DNA of 64,000 nt. It comes from Methanomassiliicoccus luminyensis B10 (GTDB taxonomy: Archaea; Thermoplasmatota; Thermoplasmata; Methanomassiliicoccales; Methanomassiliicoccaceae). The position numbers and the translations under genes were made by a program. The stretch is taken from the NCBI RefSeq assembly GCF_000308215.1, contig NZ_CAJE01000012.1, positions 504,894 through 568,893 of the forward strand, in the 5' to 3' direction. Under the pieces are notes generated by a model, which worked only from the letters and a program-made list of their open reading frames with translations, was not told where the DNA came from and did not search any database. Positions 49,212-59,259 of this stretch are shown here, one piece after another; positions within the stretch are counted from its first letter, which is position 1, and every line of letters starts with the position of its first letter.

Positions 49212-49640
49212 ATGGTGGTCCCGGTCAGGATGTACAAGCAGTGCCCTTCCTGCCAGGCCACCGTTCCCGCCACGTCCAAGTTCTGCCCGGCCTGCGGGAC
49301 CTTGGTGAACGCCCAGGCCCCGCCCGACCCCGTAGCTGCGGTCAAGGAGTCGGCGGACACTCGGTCCATGCTGTGCGCCATGTTCGGAGGGATGCTGCTG
49401 TTCTTCAGCTTCGGGTTCCTGCTCCCGGGCGTGCTGGCCGAGCCAGGGTTCCTCATAGTGTCAGGAATCCTGGCCCTGGCGGGGACCATCCTGATCCTCA
49501 TGTGGTACGCCATCAGGAAGCGGTCCCGCGTGAAGATCGAGGAGCTGAAGATATCGATGCGCGTGCAGTGCGAATATTGCAACGGCTCCAACCCCAAGGA
49601 GGCGCACAAGTGCGCCTTCTGCGGCGCGCCGCTGTGGTGA
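49212..49640 (+). CDS. zinc-ribbon domain membrane protein
   Basis: N-terminal CPSC...CPAC zinc ribbon, two TM helices, and a C-terminal CEYC...CAFC zinc ribbon. Confidence 0.5.
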   Translation: MVVPVRMYKQCPSCQATVPATSKFCPACGTLVNAQAPPDPVAAVKESADTRSMLCAMFGGMLLFFSFGFLLPGVLAEPGFLIVSGILALAGTILILMWYAIRKRSRVKIEELKISMRVQCEYCNGSNPKEAHKCAFCGAPLW

Positions 49641-49690
49641 GAAGAAGAGCACGAGTTCGTTCCTTTCCTGCTCATTGTTCCGGCCGTCCT

Positions 49691-50272
49691 TCACAGGAGC
49701 GTGTACTCCCCGGACTTCTGCACGCGGAGGGAGCCGTTGGACGGGTCGAAGTGCACAGTACGGCCTTTCGAACCCCCCACGTCCTCGGCTATCAGGAGTA
49801 TTCTCTCCTCCTCCAAGGTCCTCCGGGCCGTCTGGCAGTTCCTAAGGCCGATGTTCAGGAAATCGGACGATGCGAACGAGAACATCTGCGCGCCTCCCGC
49901 CATCTTGGCCCGGAGCGCCGAGCGGCTGGCGCCCATCTCCACCAGGTCGTCTGCCATCAGCATGATGGCGGAGTCGACGTATTTGGACGCCTTGGTCTTG
50001 TCCCTGCCGTCAGCGTAGCGGGGCAGCATGGCGTGGATGAGCCCGCCGATCCCCCGATCGAGGTCGAATATGGCCACTCCCACGCATGACCCTAGGCCGA
50101 TGCACATGAGCCGCCGCGGCGCCGTCACCACACTGTACTCACCCACGCCCACCACATGCTCGTCGCCTATGCGGTGGACGCTGGGGATGCCCGCGCATCG
50201 GGACGGTGACGTCCTGAAGGGATACCGACCCCCCGAAGTCCCGCTGACACTTTGATCGTGCACCGGGCTCAC
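49691..50272 (-). CDS. cheD: chemoreceptor glutamine deamidase CheD
   Basis: CIGLGSCVGV active-site region. Confidence 0.8.
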   Translation of the reverse strand: MSPVHDQSVSGTSGGRYPFRTSPSRCAGIPSVHRIGDEHVVGVGEYSVVTAPRRLMCIGLGSCVGVAIFDLDRGIGGLIHAMLPRYADGRDKTKASKYVDSAIMLMADDLVEMGASRSALRAKMAGGAQMFSFASSDFLNIGLRNCQTARRTLEEERILLIAEDVGGSKGRTVHFDPSNGSLRVQKSGEYTLL

Positions 50273-50892
50273 ATCACCCTAAATTTCTCCATCAGTGCGG
50301 CCTGGGAGCCGCGATCAGGCATATACAGCATGAACCCTAGACAGGACTCATGGCCGTACACGAACCGGGTCTTGATGACGACAGAGCAGTCGGACTCCGC
50401 CTCCGCCAGGGCGGCGGGGTACTGCAGGATGGCGCGGAGCATGTCCACCGCCACACCCGGCGGCGAGGGCAGCAGGGTGGTCCCCAGGAACTTGGCCACC
50501 GCGCTCAGGTAGGCGGACGCGCAGATGTTCCCAATCTCGCAGATGGCGTCCCGGTCCATGTCATCCAGCGCGCGCGACTCCTGGTGCTCCCGGCCCAGCA
50601 CCATGTCGGCCAGCTCGGTGGCCATGTGCTGGTCCAGTATCAGCATGATCTCCCCCTTTCCCGTCCCGTACGCTTCGAGCAGCACCGCCACCACGATCTC
50701 TTGGGCGTCGCCGAAGGCCGAGGGAAGATCCTGGGCCTTGCACATGAAGCATTCCGAGACCTCCACCAGGATGTCCTTCCCCACCAGCGTCGATAATGCA
50801 GATGACGCGTGGGCAGCCCCGATGCTGCCCATCTCCCTCAACCCGTCCATTTTCATGTCGTCCAATCCTCCCGTGATATGAATGTCTATCAT
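50269..50892 (-). CDS. cheC: CheY-P phosphatase CheC
   Basis: Duplicated CheC motifs (E-x3-N type: EMGSIGAAHAS / EIGNICAS). Confidence 0.8.
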   Translation of the reverse strand: MIDIHITGGLDDMKMDGLREMGSIGAAHASSALSTLVGKDILVEVSECFMCKAQDLPSAFGDAQEIVVAVLLEAYGTGKGEIMLILDQHMATELADMVLGREHQESRALDDMDRDAICEIGNICASAYLSAVAKFLGTTLLPSPPGVAVDMLRAILQYPAALAEAESDCSVVIKTRFVYGHESCLGFMLYMPDRGSQAALMEKFRVM

Positions 50893-50923
50893 GCGTTCCC
50901 CACCGTCTTTCGTAAGCTGCCGC

Positions 50924-52888
50924 TCATATGAACGCCCCGACGTCCAATATCATGGCGACCTTTCCGTCGCCAAGTATGGTGGCACCGGAGAAATACCCGG
51001 TCCGCCGGAGGTCCTTGCCCACGTTCTTGACCACAATCTCCTGCTGCCCGATGAGGCGGGACACCAGGAGGCAGGCGCGGCTGTCGTTCTTCTCTACTAT
51101 GATCGCGGGAGCGTCCCCAGCAGAAAGCATGGTCTCCGCTCCCCCGAACTCCTCGTTCACGTCCAGGACCGGCAGCACCTCGTCGCGCAGCTTGAACACC
51201 GCCTGCGAGGCGACCTCGTGCACGGCGTCCCGGGGCACCCGGACCGTCTCCCTCACGTTCTCCAGAGGGATAGCGTACTTCTCCGCGTTGACCTCCACCA
51301 GCATGGCCCGTATTATGGACATGCTGGGAGGGAGCCGGAGAGTGATCTTGGACCCCTTCCCGAGGACGGTGTCGAGGCGGACCACCCCGCCGAGGCTCTC
51401 GATCTTGGTCTTCACCACGTCCATTCCCACGCCCCTGCCGGAGATGTCGGTGATCTTCTCCGCAGTGCTGAGGCCGGGAAGGAACACCAGCTGGAGCTTG
51501 GCGCGGTCGTCCATCTTCTCAGCGTCCTCCTCGGAGATCAGGCCCTTCGATACCGCCTTTGCCGCGATCTTCCCCGCATCCATCCCCCTGCCGTCGTCCT
51601 CCACGGTGATGACTATGCTGCTCTGCTCCTGATAGGCGGAAAGCACCACCGTTCCCTGGGGCCTCTTGCCGGCGGCCGTGCGCGCTTCCTTGGGCTCGAT
51701 GCCATGGTCCACGGCGTTCCTCAACAGATGCACCAGGGAATCGCCGATCTCGTCCAGGAGCCCCCGGTCGATCTCGATGTCGTTCCCCTTCATGGTGAAC
51801 TCAATTTCCTTCCCATGGTCCTGGGCGATGTCTCTGACGATGCGGGGGAACCTCTTGAATATGAAGTCCACCGGGACCATGCGCGTCCTCAGCACGATGT
51901 CCTGAAGCTCCCCCACGAGGCGGGAGTTGTTCTTCAGCGCCTGCTTCAGCTCGCGGTGCTTGATGTCATTGGAGATCTGGTTGATCCGGATGTTGCTGAT
52001 CATGGTCTCGCCGACCAGGTCCAGCAGCTGGTCCAGCAGCTTGGTCCTCACCCGGATGGTGGCCACGGCGGGTACTATCGGGGAGCATTTCTCGTCCTCC
52101 TTGGTCTCCCTCTTTGGCGCCTCTTTTGCCGACGCGCTAGGAGGTGCTTCCGGCGCCCCTCTGAACGGGCAGGCCGCGGCGTCCTTGATCCCAGTTACTC
52201 CTCGGGCCGCTGCGGCGAGGTCATCCCCCGCCCGGTCGGTGGCGACCAGCAGGGTGAGCTGGGGCGCGGCGTCGGGGAGGCCTTCCACGACCGGCGCGGA
52301 AGCCACCACCACGCCCAGCTTGGACATCTCCCGCACCACCTGATAGGCCCGGCCCTCGCGCAACTTCAGGCCCGGTTCGAACGTAGCCCTGATCTCCCAG
52401 GGGCGCTTCCCCTCGGCCTTCAGCTCCTCCAGCCGGGAGAGGTGCTCGGGTGACGGCTTCAGCTCCGCCGAAGAGTCAACGCGCTCCGGGGCGGCCGGAG
52501 CGGCCTGGTCCCGCAGGATGGCCATCTTGGCGATGAGGTCCCTGGCCATCACCGAGGTCGTGCCGGTCCGCTCCAGGTCGTCCAGCATCTTCTCGATGCG
52601 GTCGGCCCCGGCGAACAGCAGCTGCAACATTGCTTTCTCGGGCGCCTCCTTGCTCTTGCGCAGGATGTCGAAAAGGTCCTCCATGACGTGGGCCAGCTCG
52701 CTGATCGGCTCGATGCCGATGACCCCCGCGGTGCCCTTGATGGTGTGGACGACCCTGAAGGCCTCGTCCATCCGCGCCTCGTCGAACCCCTTTTCCTCCA
52801 GTGACAGGAGTACGCTGTTGACCACCTGGAGGTTCTCCTTGGCCTCTTCGATGAACACGTCCAGGTACTTTGATGGTTCCATGCTCAC
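50924..52888 (-). CDS. cheA: chemotaxis histidine kinase CheA
   Basis: HPt domain (HTIKGTAG), dimerisation domain, HATPase_c domain (GRGVGMDVV), and a C-terminal CheW-like domain. Confidence 0.9.
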   Translation of the reverse strand: MSMEPSKYLDVFIEEAKENLQVVNSVLLSLEEKGFDEARMDEAFRVVHTIKGTAGVIGIEPISELAHVMEDLFDILRKSKEAPEKAMLQLLFAGADRIEKMLDDLERTGTTSVMARDLIAKMAILRDQAAPAAPERVDSSAELKPSPEHLSRLEELKAEGKRPWEIRATFEPGLKLREGRAYQVVREMSKLGVVVASAPVVEGLPDAAPQLTLLVATDRAGDDLAAAARGVTGIKDAAACPFRGAPEAPPSASAKEAPKRETKEDEKCSPIVPAVATIRVRTKLLDQLLDLVGETMISNIRINQISNDIKHRELKQALKNNSRLVGELQDIVLRTRMVPVDFIFKRFPRIVRDIAQDHGKEIEFTMKGNDIEIDRGLLDEIGDSLVHLLRNAVDHGIEPKEARTAAGKRPQGTVVLSAYQEQSSIVITVEDDGRGMDAGKIAAKAVSKGLISEEDAEKMDDRAKLQLVFLPGLSTAEKITDISGRGVGMDVVKTKIESLGGVVRLDTVLGKGSKITLRLPPSMSIIRAMLVEVNAEKYAIPLENVRETVRVPRDAVHEVASQAVFKLRDEVLPVLDVNEEFGGAETMLSAGDAPAIIVEKNDSRACLLVSRLIGQQEIVVKNVGKDLRRTGYFSGATILGDGKVAMILDVGAFI

Positions 52889-53913
52889 ATCCCCGCGCTG
52901 AGCATGACGATGATGCTCTTTGCGATGTCCTGCAGCGGGACCACCTTGTCGGCGGCCCCCAGCTCCACCACGGCCTTGGGCATACCATAGACGGTGCAGG
53001 TATCCTCGTCCTGCACCACGGTCTTCCCGCCGTTCATCTTTATGTGGCGCATCCCCTCGGCCCCGTCTGAGCCCATGCCAGTAAGGATCACCCCTACCGC
53101 CCGGGGCCCGTAGATGGGGGCCACGCTCATCATGAGGACGTCCACCGCCGGGCGGACGTAGTTGACCTTGGGGCCGTCGTCGAGCATGATCTTGTTGTCG
53201 GCCACGGTCATATGGCGGTTGCCGGGGGCCAGATACACCATGCCCTTCCTTATGTCCTCCCCGTCCTCGGCCTCCTTGACCTCCAGCGAGGTCGACCAGC
53301 TCAGCCTTTCAGCGAAGGAGTGGGTGAAGCCTTCCGGCATGTGCTGTACCACCAGGACCGCCGCCGGCAGGCTCCCGGGCAGCCGGGACAGCACCTCGGG
53401 GAGGGCCTTGGGCCCGCCTGTAGACGCCCCGATGACCACCAGCCAGTCCCCGCTCAGGGTGGGCACCGCCACCGGCTCGATGCCGAATGCGGGGGAACGG
53501 CGGGGGGAGACTTTGGCGTCGGCCGCGGCCTTGACCTTCTCCAGCACCTCCCTGCGGACGTGCTCAAGGTCCAGGGACAGAGAGCCGGAGGTCTTGGATA
53601 TGAAGTCCACCGCGCCCAGGTCCATGGCCTTGAAGGTGATGTTAGCCTGCCTCTTGTCCATGGAGCTGAGCATCACCACCGGGAGAGGGCATTCTGCCAT
53701 GATGTGCTGCAGCGAGGTCAGGCCGTCCATGACCGGCATCTCTATGTCCATGGTGACCAGGTCCGGACCCAGCTCCCTCACCATCTCGATGGCCTCGGCG
53801 CCGTTCTTGGCCGTCCCCACTACCTCCAGCTCTTCATCGGAGGACAGCAGGTCCGTGATTATCCGGCGCATCACCGCTGAGTCGTCGACCACCAGCACCT
53901 TTCGCTTCACCAT
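52885..53913 (-). CDS. cheB: chemotaxis response regulator protein-glutamate methylesterase CheB
   Basis: REC domain plus a methylesterase domain (GASTGGP, HMPEGFT). Confidence 0.9.
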   Translation of the reverse strand: MVKRKVLVVDDSAVMRRIITDLLSSDEELEVVGTAKNGAEAIEMVRELGPDLVTMDIEMPVMDGLTSLQHIMAECPLPVVMLSSMDKRQANITFKAMDLGAVDFISKTSGSLSLDLEHVRREVLEKVKAAADAKVSPRRSPAFGIEPVAVPTLSGDWLVVIGASTGGPKALPEVLSRLPGSLPAAVLVVQHMPEGFTHSFAERLSWSTSLEVKEAEDGEDIRKGMVYLAPGNRHMTVADNKIMLDDGPKVNYVRPAVDVLMMSVAPIYGPRAVGVILTGMGSDGAEGMRHIKMNGGKTVVQDEDTCTVYGMPKAVVELGAADKVVPLQDIAKSIIVMLSAGM

Positions 53914-53914
53914 T

Positions 53915-54283
53915 TCATCTCGCCGTCTTGCGGGCCGCTTCCAGCAGGTCCTTGTTCTCGAACGGCTTTACCAGGAACTCCCTGGCCCCGTTGTCCATGG
54001 CCTGCATCACCAGGCTCTTCTGGTTCAGGCCGCTTACCACCACGATGCGGGCGTCCTTATCCAGCTCCACGAGCCTCTTGACGACATCGGTCCCGTGCTC
54101 CCCGGGCATGATTATGTCCATGGTGACCAGGTCCGGCCTGAGCTGCTGGTACTGCTCCAAGGCCTCCTTTCCGTTCTTGGCCTGGCCGACGACCTCGAAG
54201 CCGTCCTTGGTCAGGACATCCTTGATCATAGCCCGCATTACCATGGAATCGTCCACGATGAGTACCCTCTTCTGACTGCTCAT
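53915..54283 (-). CDS. cheY: chemotaxis response regulator CheY
   Basis: 122-aa REC domain (DD...D...K pattern). Confidence 0.9.
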   Translation of the reverse strand: MSSQKRVLIVDDSMVMRAMIKDVLTKDGFEVVGQAKNGKEALEQYQQLRPDLVTMDIIMPGEHGTDVVKRLVELDKDARIVVVSGLNQKSLVMQAMDNGAREFLVKPFENKDLLEAARKTAR

Positions 54284-54296
54284 TTCGAAACCTCCG

Positions 54297-54821
54297 TTAT
54301 CCTGTGCTGATAGCCTTCTGCTCCCTCTCGTTCTGCATGATCTTCATCAGCTCATCCTCCCCCATGATGCGGTCCATGTCCAGCATCATGATCAGCTTAG
54401 TGGGAAGGGTGCATATCCCGTTGAGGCCGTTCACCCCGACCGCCGTGATGAGGTTCTTGGGCGGTTCGGTGATGCTCTGTTTGGGCACCCGCATGACGTC
54501 CTCGACCGCGTCCACGATGAGGCCGAGCTGGTTGCCCCCGATCTCGGCGACGATGATGCGGGACTGGGCGCTCCTCAGCTGCCCGTCCTCGGGAGCTATG
54601 TTGAACCTCTTCCGGAGATCGACCACCGTGGTGATCTGCCCCCTCAAGTTCATGACCCCCTCGATGAAGTCGGGCATCCGGGGTATCCTGGTGATGTCCT
54701 GGACCTTGCCGATCTCGCGGACCTGGGCCACCTTCACCCCGAAGGTCTCCTTGCCCAGGCGAAAGGACACTATCTGCTCCGCCTCCCCGGTTATCTCCAC
54801 CTTTTCCCGTCTCCGTCGCAT
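54297..54821 (-). CDS. cheW: chemotaxis coupling protein CheW
   Basis: CheW fold motifs (FGVKVAQVREI ... NLRGQI). Confidence 0.85.
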   Translation of the reverse strand: MRRRREKVEITGEAEQIVSFRLGKETFGVKVAQVREIGKVQDITRIPRMPDFIEGVMNLRGQITTVVDLRKRFNIAPEDGQLRSAQSRIIVAEIGGNQLGLIVDAVEDVMRVPKQSITEPPKNLITAVGVNGLNGICTLPTKLIMMLDMDRIMGEDELMKIMQNEREQKAISTG

Positions 54822-54830
54822 TCCATCACC

Positions 54831-57800
54831 TCATTCGCTGGTGTCTATCCCTCTCTTGGCCAGTGCCTCCCTGACCTTGACGGGGACCTTGGCGGCCTCT
54901 TTGACGGGGGGCTTCTTCTCCTGCTTCTTCTGGTAGACCACCCGGGGAGGCTCCTCTTCCTCCTCCGGCTCGTCCTCGTCGACCTTGAACTGGGCGGCGA
55001 TCCTCTTCAGGTTGATGGCCATCTCGCTGAGCGATTGCGCCCTGGCGGTCATGTCCTCCATCGAGGCGGTCAGCTCTTCCGTGGACGATGCCGACTCCTC
55101 GGCCGCCGAGGCGGTCTCCTCGGCGATAGAGGCTATGCCGTCCACCGACTTGGCGGCCTTCTGGGTACCCTCCTTCTGCGCCTCCATCAACGTGGCGATG
55201 GTGGTCATCTCCGACGACGACTGGGCGACGCTCGACGAGATCTCCTGGAAGGCCTTCCCGGTCTGGTCCACGATCTTCATGCCCTCGGCCGCCTCCTTGG
55301 TGCCGCGGCCCATGGCCTCTACCGCCTTGGAGGTTTCCTGCTGCACTTCCTTGATCATCTTGGCGATGCGTTCCGCGGCCTCGCGGGAATCCTCGGCCAG
55401 GTTCTTGACCTCCTCGGCCACTACCGCGAACCCTCTTCCCTGGTCCCCGGCGCGGGCGGCCTCGATGGCCGCGTTCAGCGCCAGCAAGTTGGTTTGATCG
55501 GATATATTGGTGATTACGTCGACGATCTGCCCGATCTCCTCGGACCTCTTGCCGAGGACCGCGATGACCTTGGCGGACTCCTCCACCACCTTCTGGATCT
55601 CCTGCATCTTGTTGACGGTGCTCTCCACGGCGGCCTGTCCCTTCTCGGCGGCCTCCGCGCCCTTCTTGGCGGACTGGGTGGCGAATTGGGTCCGGTCGAC
55701 CACCTGAATGACCGCGGTGGACATCTCCGCCATGGCCTTGGCCGTTTCGTCCACCTGGGCGGACTGGCTCTGCGCGCCCTTGCTGATCTGCTGGATGGCC
55801 GCGGACACCTGCTCGGTGGAGGCGTTCATCTCTTCAGCGGACGAGGCCAGCTCCTGCGAGGTGGAGGACACCATGTCCACGGAGTGATTGACCTCCTTAA
55901 CCAGCGAGGTGAGGCTCTCCCCGATCTTGTCGAGGCTGTCGGCGAAGGTAGTGAAATCGCCTTGGGTCTCCACCTCCAGGCGGGCGGTGAGGTCACCGTT
56001 GGCGAAGGAGTCGGCCACCCTCATGGCGTCCTCCAGCGGCCGTATCACCGCGTCCATGGTATCGTTGACGCCCTTCACGATGGTCTGGTAGTCTCCTTTG
56101 TGCACCGAGATGTCGGTCCTGGTGGAAAGCTGGCCGGCGATGGCCGCCTTGCTCAGCATCTCGGTGTCCCTTACCAGCGCGTCGATGGCATCGATGCACT
56201 GGTTGAGGTTTACTTTAATAGTGTTGAAGTCCCCGTTGTACTCCTTGGTGATCTTGCTGGGGATGTTGCCCTTGGAAATCCTGTCCACGTACGCCGCGGC
56301 TACCTTCAGGGGGGTTATGAGCGCATCCAGGGTATCATTGACGCCCTCGATGACCTTCTGGTACTCCCCCTGATGCTTGCTCGCGTCGGCGCGCGAGGAG
56401 AGCTTTCCCTGCACCGCCGACTTGGACAGGGTGTTGACGTCGTCCACCAGAGTGGATATGGCGTTCCTGGCCTGGCCCATGTTGTCCATTATCTTAACGA
56501 AGTTGTCGTGGATCTCCTGGGTGTACTGGTCGGGGTTGGCCACGTTGAGGTCCATGACGAGGTTGCCGCAGGCCAGGTTCTGGAGGTTCAGCGCCATCCT
56601 CTCCACCTCGGCGGCCTGGTACTTGCGCTGGCGGATGGCCTTGGTGATGTCCTGCAGCACCTCGCAGTGGCCGATGGATTCGCCCTTGGCGTTCTTGATA
56701 TATGTCGCGTCCACCTGGAGGGCCTTGCCGTCACGGTCCGAGACCGTCCTTCCGGTCCCTTCCCTAAGCCGCACTATGCCGCAGTTCTTGGTGCGGCAGA
56801 TGGGGCCGTTCCAGTTGTGGCAGGGCTTTCCGGCCATTTCCCCCTTCTTGACCTTGAGCATGTCCAGGGAGGCCTGGTTCAGGTAGGTGATGTTCATGTC
56901 CATGTCCGTGACGGACAGGGGGAACGGCACCGAGTCCAGTATCTGCTCGTACCAGAACATCTTGTCCACGACCGTGCCGAGGGTCTCGTTGACACCTTCC
57001 ACCACCTTGCGGTATTCCCCGTGATGGTTGGTGGCATCGACCCTCTGGGTGAAGTTGCCCTTGTTGGCCGCCTCCGACAGGCCGTTGACGTCGTGCACCA
57101 GTCCCCTGATGGAGTCGATGCAGATGTTGAGATTGTTCTTGATAAGGTTCATGTCCCCCTTGAAGTCGTCCTCGACCTTCTGCGACAGGTCGCCCTGGGC
57201 CACTTTCTCGATGTGCTCCGCGGTGATCAGCATGGGACTGGTGACCGCGTCCAGGGTCTCGTTGAACCCCGAGATTATGGATCGGTAATTGCCGTCGAAG
57301 CGGGATGGGTCGGCCCGGGCCTTGAGGTTCCCGGCCAAGGTCTCGTCCACCAGGCGGTGCACCTCCGAGGTTATCTCCGTCTCCTTGGCAATATCAAGGA
57401 TGAACTCCACCGCGCCGACGATATTGCCCTGCTTATCCTTGAGCGGCCCCACCATCCCGCGGATGGGGGTGTCCCCGCTGGGCAGGTGGGCGATGGCGTC
57501 CCCCACGAAGGAGCGGTCCTCGGCCATGGCGCGCCTGGTCGCGCAGTTACCGCCCTTGCAGTGATCGGTGCGCATGAACTCGTGGCAGGGCTTGCCCTTT
57601 ACCTCATCCTGGGTCCGGCCGGTCATCTCCAGGGCCGAGGCGTTCATGAACATTACCCGGAGGTCCTTGTCCATCGCCAGAACGGGAGTGGGAAGGCTGT
57701 TGAGGTAGTTTAGGTGGTCATCGTCGCCCTCATAGCGGACGTTGACGAATCCCATGGACCCGGAGGCCTTGCCGGTCTTATCCTTGAGGGGCTTGGCGCT

Positions 57801-58091
57801 CACGGTGCAGATGACCGTCTCGTCGTCGTTGTTGGTGAACTTGATGTTCTCGGCATACACGCTCCGCCCGGCGCCGATGGCCTCGAACACCGGGCAGCCC
57901 TTCTTGCCGATGGCCCCATTGAAGACGTCGCGGACCCTCAGGCCCACGGCCTCGTGGACGGGGATGCCGGTGAGCGCCTCGGCGGCCTCGTTGAACATGG
58001 TGATCTTCCAGTGAGAATCGGCCGCGTAGGCGGCGATGGGCATAGTGGCTATCAACTCTTCGACAGCGGTCTTTTCCTTCTCCGCTTGCAT
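54831..58091 (-). CDS. soluble (no TM) methyl-accepting chemotaxis protein with three N-terminal PAS domains, tandem HAMP-like repeat array and C-terminal MCP signalling domain
   Basis: 1086 aa. Contains PAS folds, repeated ~90-aa GEY..V.GVN.TLD units, and an MCP methylation/signalling core. No TM helix is apparent. Confidence 0.9.
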   Translation of the reverse strand: MQAEKEKTAVEELIATMPIAAYAADSHWKITMFNEAAEALTGIPVHEAVGLRVRDVFNGAIGKKGCPVFEAIGAGRSVYAENIKFTNNDDETVICTVSAKPLKDKTGKASGSMGFVNVRYEGDDDHLNYLNSLPTPVLAMDKDLRVMFMNASALEMTGRTQDEVKGKPCHEFMRTDHCKGGNCATRRAMAEDRSFVGDAIAHLPSGDTPIRGMVGPLKDKQGNIVGAVEFILDIAKETEITSEVHRLVDETLAGNLKARADPSRFDGNYRSIISGFNETLDAVTSPMLITAEHIEKVAQGDLSQKVEDDFKGDMNLIKNNLNICIDSIRGLVHDVNGLSEAANKGNFTQRVDATNHHGEYRKVVEGVNETLGTVVDKMFWYEQILDSVPFPLSVTDMDMNITYLNQASLDMLKVKKGEMAGKPCHNWNGPICRTKNCGIVRLREGTGRTVSDRDGKALQVDATYIKNAKGESIGHCEVLQDITKAIRQRKYQAAEVERMALNLQNLACGNLVMDLNVANPDQYTQEIHDNFVKIMDNMGQARNAISTLVDDVNTLSKSAVQGKLSSRADASKHQGEYQKVIEGVNDTLDALITPLKVAAAYVDRISKGNIPSKITKEYNGDFNTIKVNLNQCIDAIDALVRDTEMLSKAAIAGQLSTRTDISVHKGDYQTIVKGVNDTMDAVIRPLEDAMRVADSFANGDLTARLEVETQGDFTTFADSLDKIGESLTSLVKEVNHSVDMVSSTSQELASSAEEMNASTEQVSAAIQQISKGAQSQSAQVDETAKAMAEMSTAVIQVVDRTQFATQSAKKGAEAAEKGQAAVESTVNKMQEIQKVVEESAKVIAVLGKRSEEIGQIVDVITNISDQTNLLALNAAIEAARAGDQGRGFAVVAEEVKNLAEDSREAAERIAKMIKEVQQETSKAVEAMGRGTKEAAEGMKIVDQTGKAFQEISSSVAQSSSEMTTIATLMEAQKEGTQKAAKSVDGIASIAEETASAAEESASSTEELTASMEDMTARAQSLSEMAINLKRIAAQFKVDEDEPEEEEEPPRVVYQKKQEKKPPVKEAAKVPVKVREALAKRGIDTSE

Positions 58092-58297
58092 AATTCAACC
58101 CCATTCGGCCAGTTACCAGATTTTGGCCATAAATATCAATTTAGAAAAATTCTTTAGTATATATGTATTAAGAACCCAATATCGATAATGATTACAATCT
58201 TTTTATTTATGTCCTCGTCCTATGTCTGCTTCCGACATATTTATCCCTGTTCATCAATAGACAAGTTTTATAATCGCAGTTTCTCGATGGAGCGCGG

Positions 58298-59137
58298 ATG
58301 CCCAGCAAGAAGACCGCCGACCCGGAGTTCATCGCCCTGAAGAAGGAGGTTTACAGGAAGACCTCCCTCGATTGCGAGCAGTTCAAGGACTCCTATCTTC
58401 GGCGGAGGTTCGCGGCCCGCATGCGCTCCCGGGGGGTGCAGCAGTACGCTGACTACATCGCCCTGCTGGGCTCCGACCCCGCCGAGGCGGGGGAGCTTAT
58501 GAGGGACATCACCATCAACGTGACCCAGTTCTTCCGGGACGCCCCCGTGTTCAAGGCATTGGAAGAAGAGGTCGTCCCGCTCCTGATCTACCGGAAGGTG
58601 AAGGAGGGAAGGCCTATCATCAAGGTGTGGAGCGCCGGCTGCTCGAGCGGCGAGGAGCCCTATTCCGTAGCCATCATCCTGCGCGACCTCCTGGGAGAGG
58701 AGTATGATAAATTCTCCGTATCCATCGTGGCGACGGACATAGATAGGGAGTGCCTGATGTCTGGCCAGGAAGGGATCTATCTCCCACGTCAGCTGATGAA
58801 CGTGGCCCCGGAGCACTTGAGGAAATATTTCGTGCAGGAGGGGGAGAGGCACCGGGTGGTCCCGGAGATAAGGGACATGGTGGACTTCCTGGAGCTTGAC
58901 CTGTTCTCGGGGACGGCCGGCACCAACTTCGACCTCATCCTGTGCCGGAACGTGGCCATCTACTTCACCAAGGAGATGCAGGAAAGACTGTACATGAAGT
59001 TCGTCCGGGCCCTGGGCGAGGGGGGTTACTTCGTGATGGGCAACACCGAGAACCTGGTGGGGGACGCTTCCAGGATGCTGACCACGGTAAGGACCAGGGA
59101 GCGGATCTATCAGAAAGCGGCTAGGGAGCGGCGATAG
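58298..59137 (+). CDS. cheR: chemotaxis protein methyltransferase CheR
   Basis: CheR N-terminal and SAM-binding motifs (VWSAGCSSGEEPYS). Confidence 0.85.
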   Translation: MPSKKTADPEFIALKKEVYRKTSLDCEQFKDSYLRRRFAARMRSRGVQQYADYIALLGSDPAEAGELMRDITINVTQFFRDAPVFKALEEEVVPLLIYRKVKEGRPIIKVWSAGCSSGEEPYSVAIILRDLLGEEYDKFSVSIVATDIDRECLMSGQEGIYLPRQLMNVAPEHLRKYFVQEGERHRVVPEIRDMVDFLELDLFSGTAGTNFDLILCRNVAIYFTKEMQERLYMKFVRALGEGGYFVMGNTENLVGDASRMLTTVRTRERIYQKAARERR

Positions 59138-59192
59138 CCCCCTAACGTTCGTTCCAGGTGCATGTACGAATCGCATCCGATTATTTATACCA

Positions 59193-59211
59193 GCTGGATG
59201 ATACATCCAGC
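59193..59211. promoter_or_regulatory. 19-bp perfect palindrome GCTGGATGATACATCCAGC directly downstream of TATA-like TTATTTATA, upstream of cbiA
   Basis: Read from the sequence. It shares the 15-bp core TGGATGATACATCCA with the palindrome at 10898-10918. Confidence 0.6.
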
Positions 59212-59259
59212 GACGTTGGCCCGGGGTCCGCCGGGCACTTCCGGACGGAGGAAAGGACG

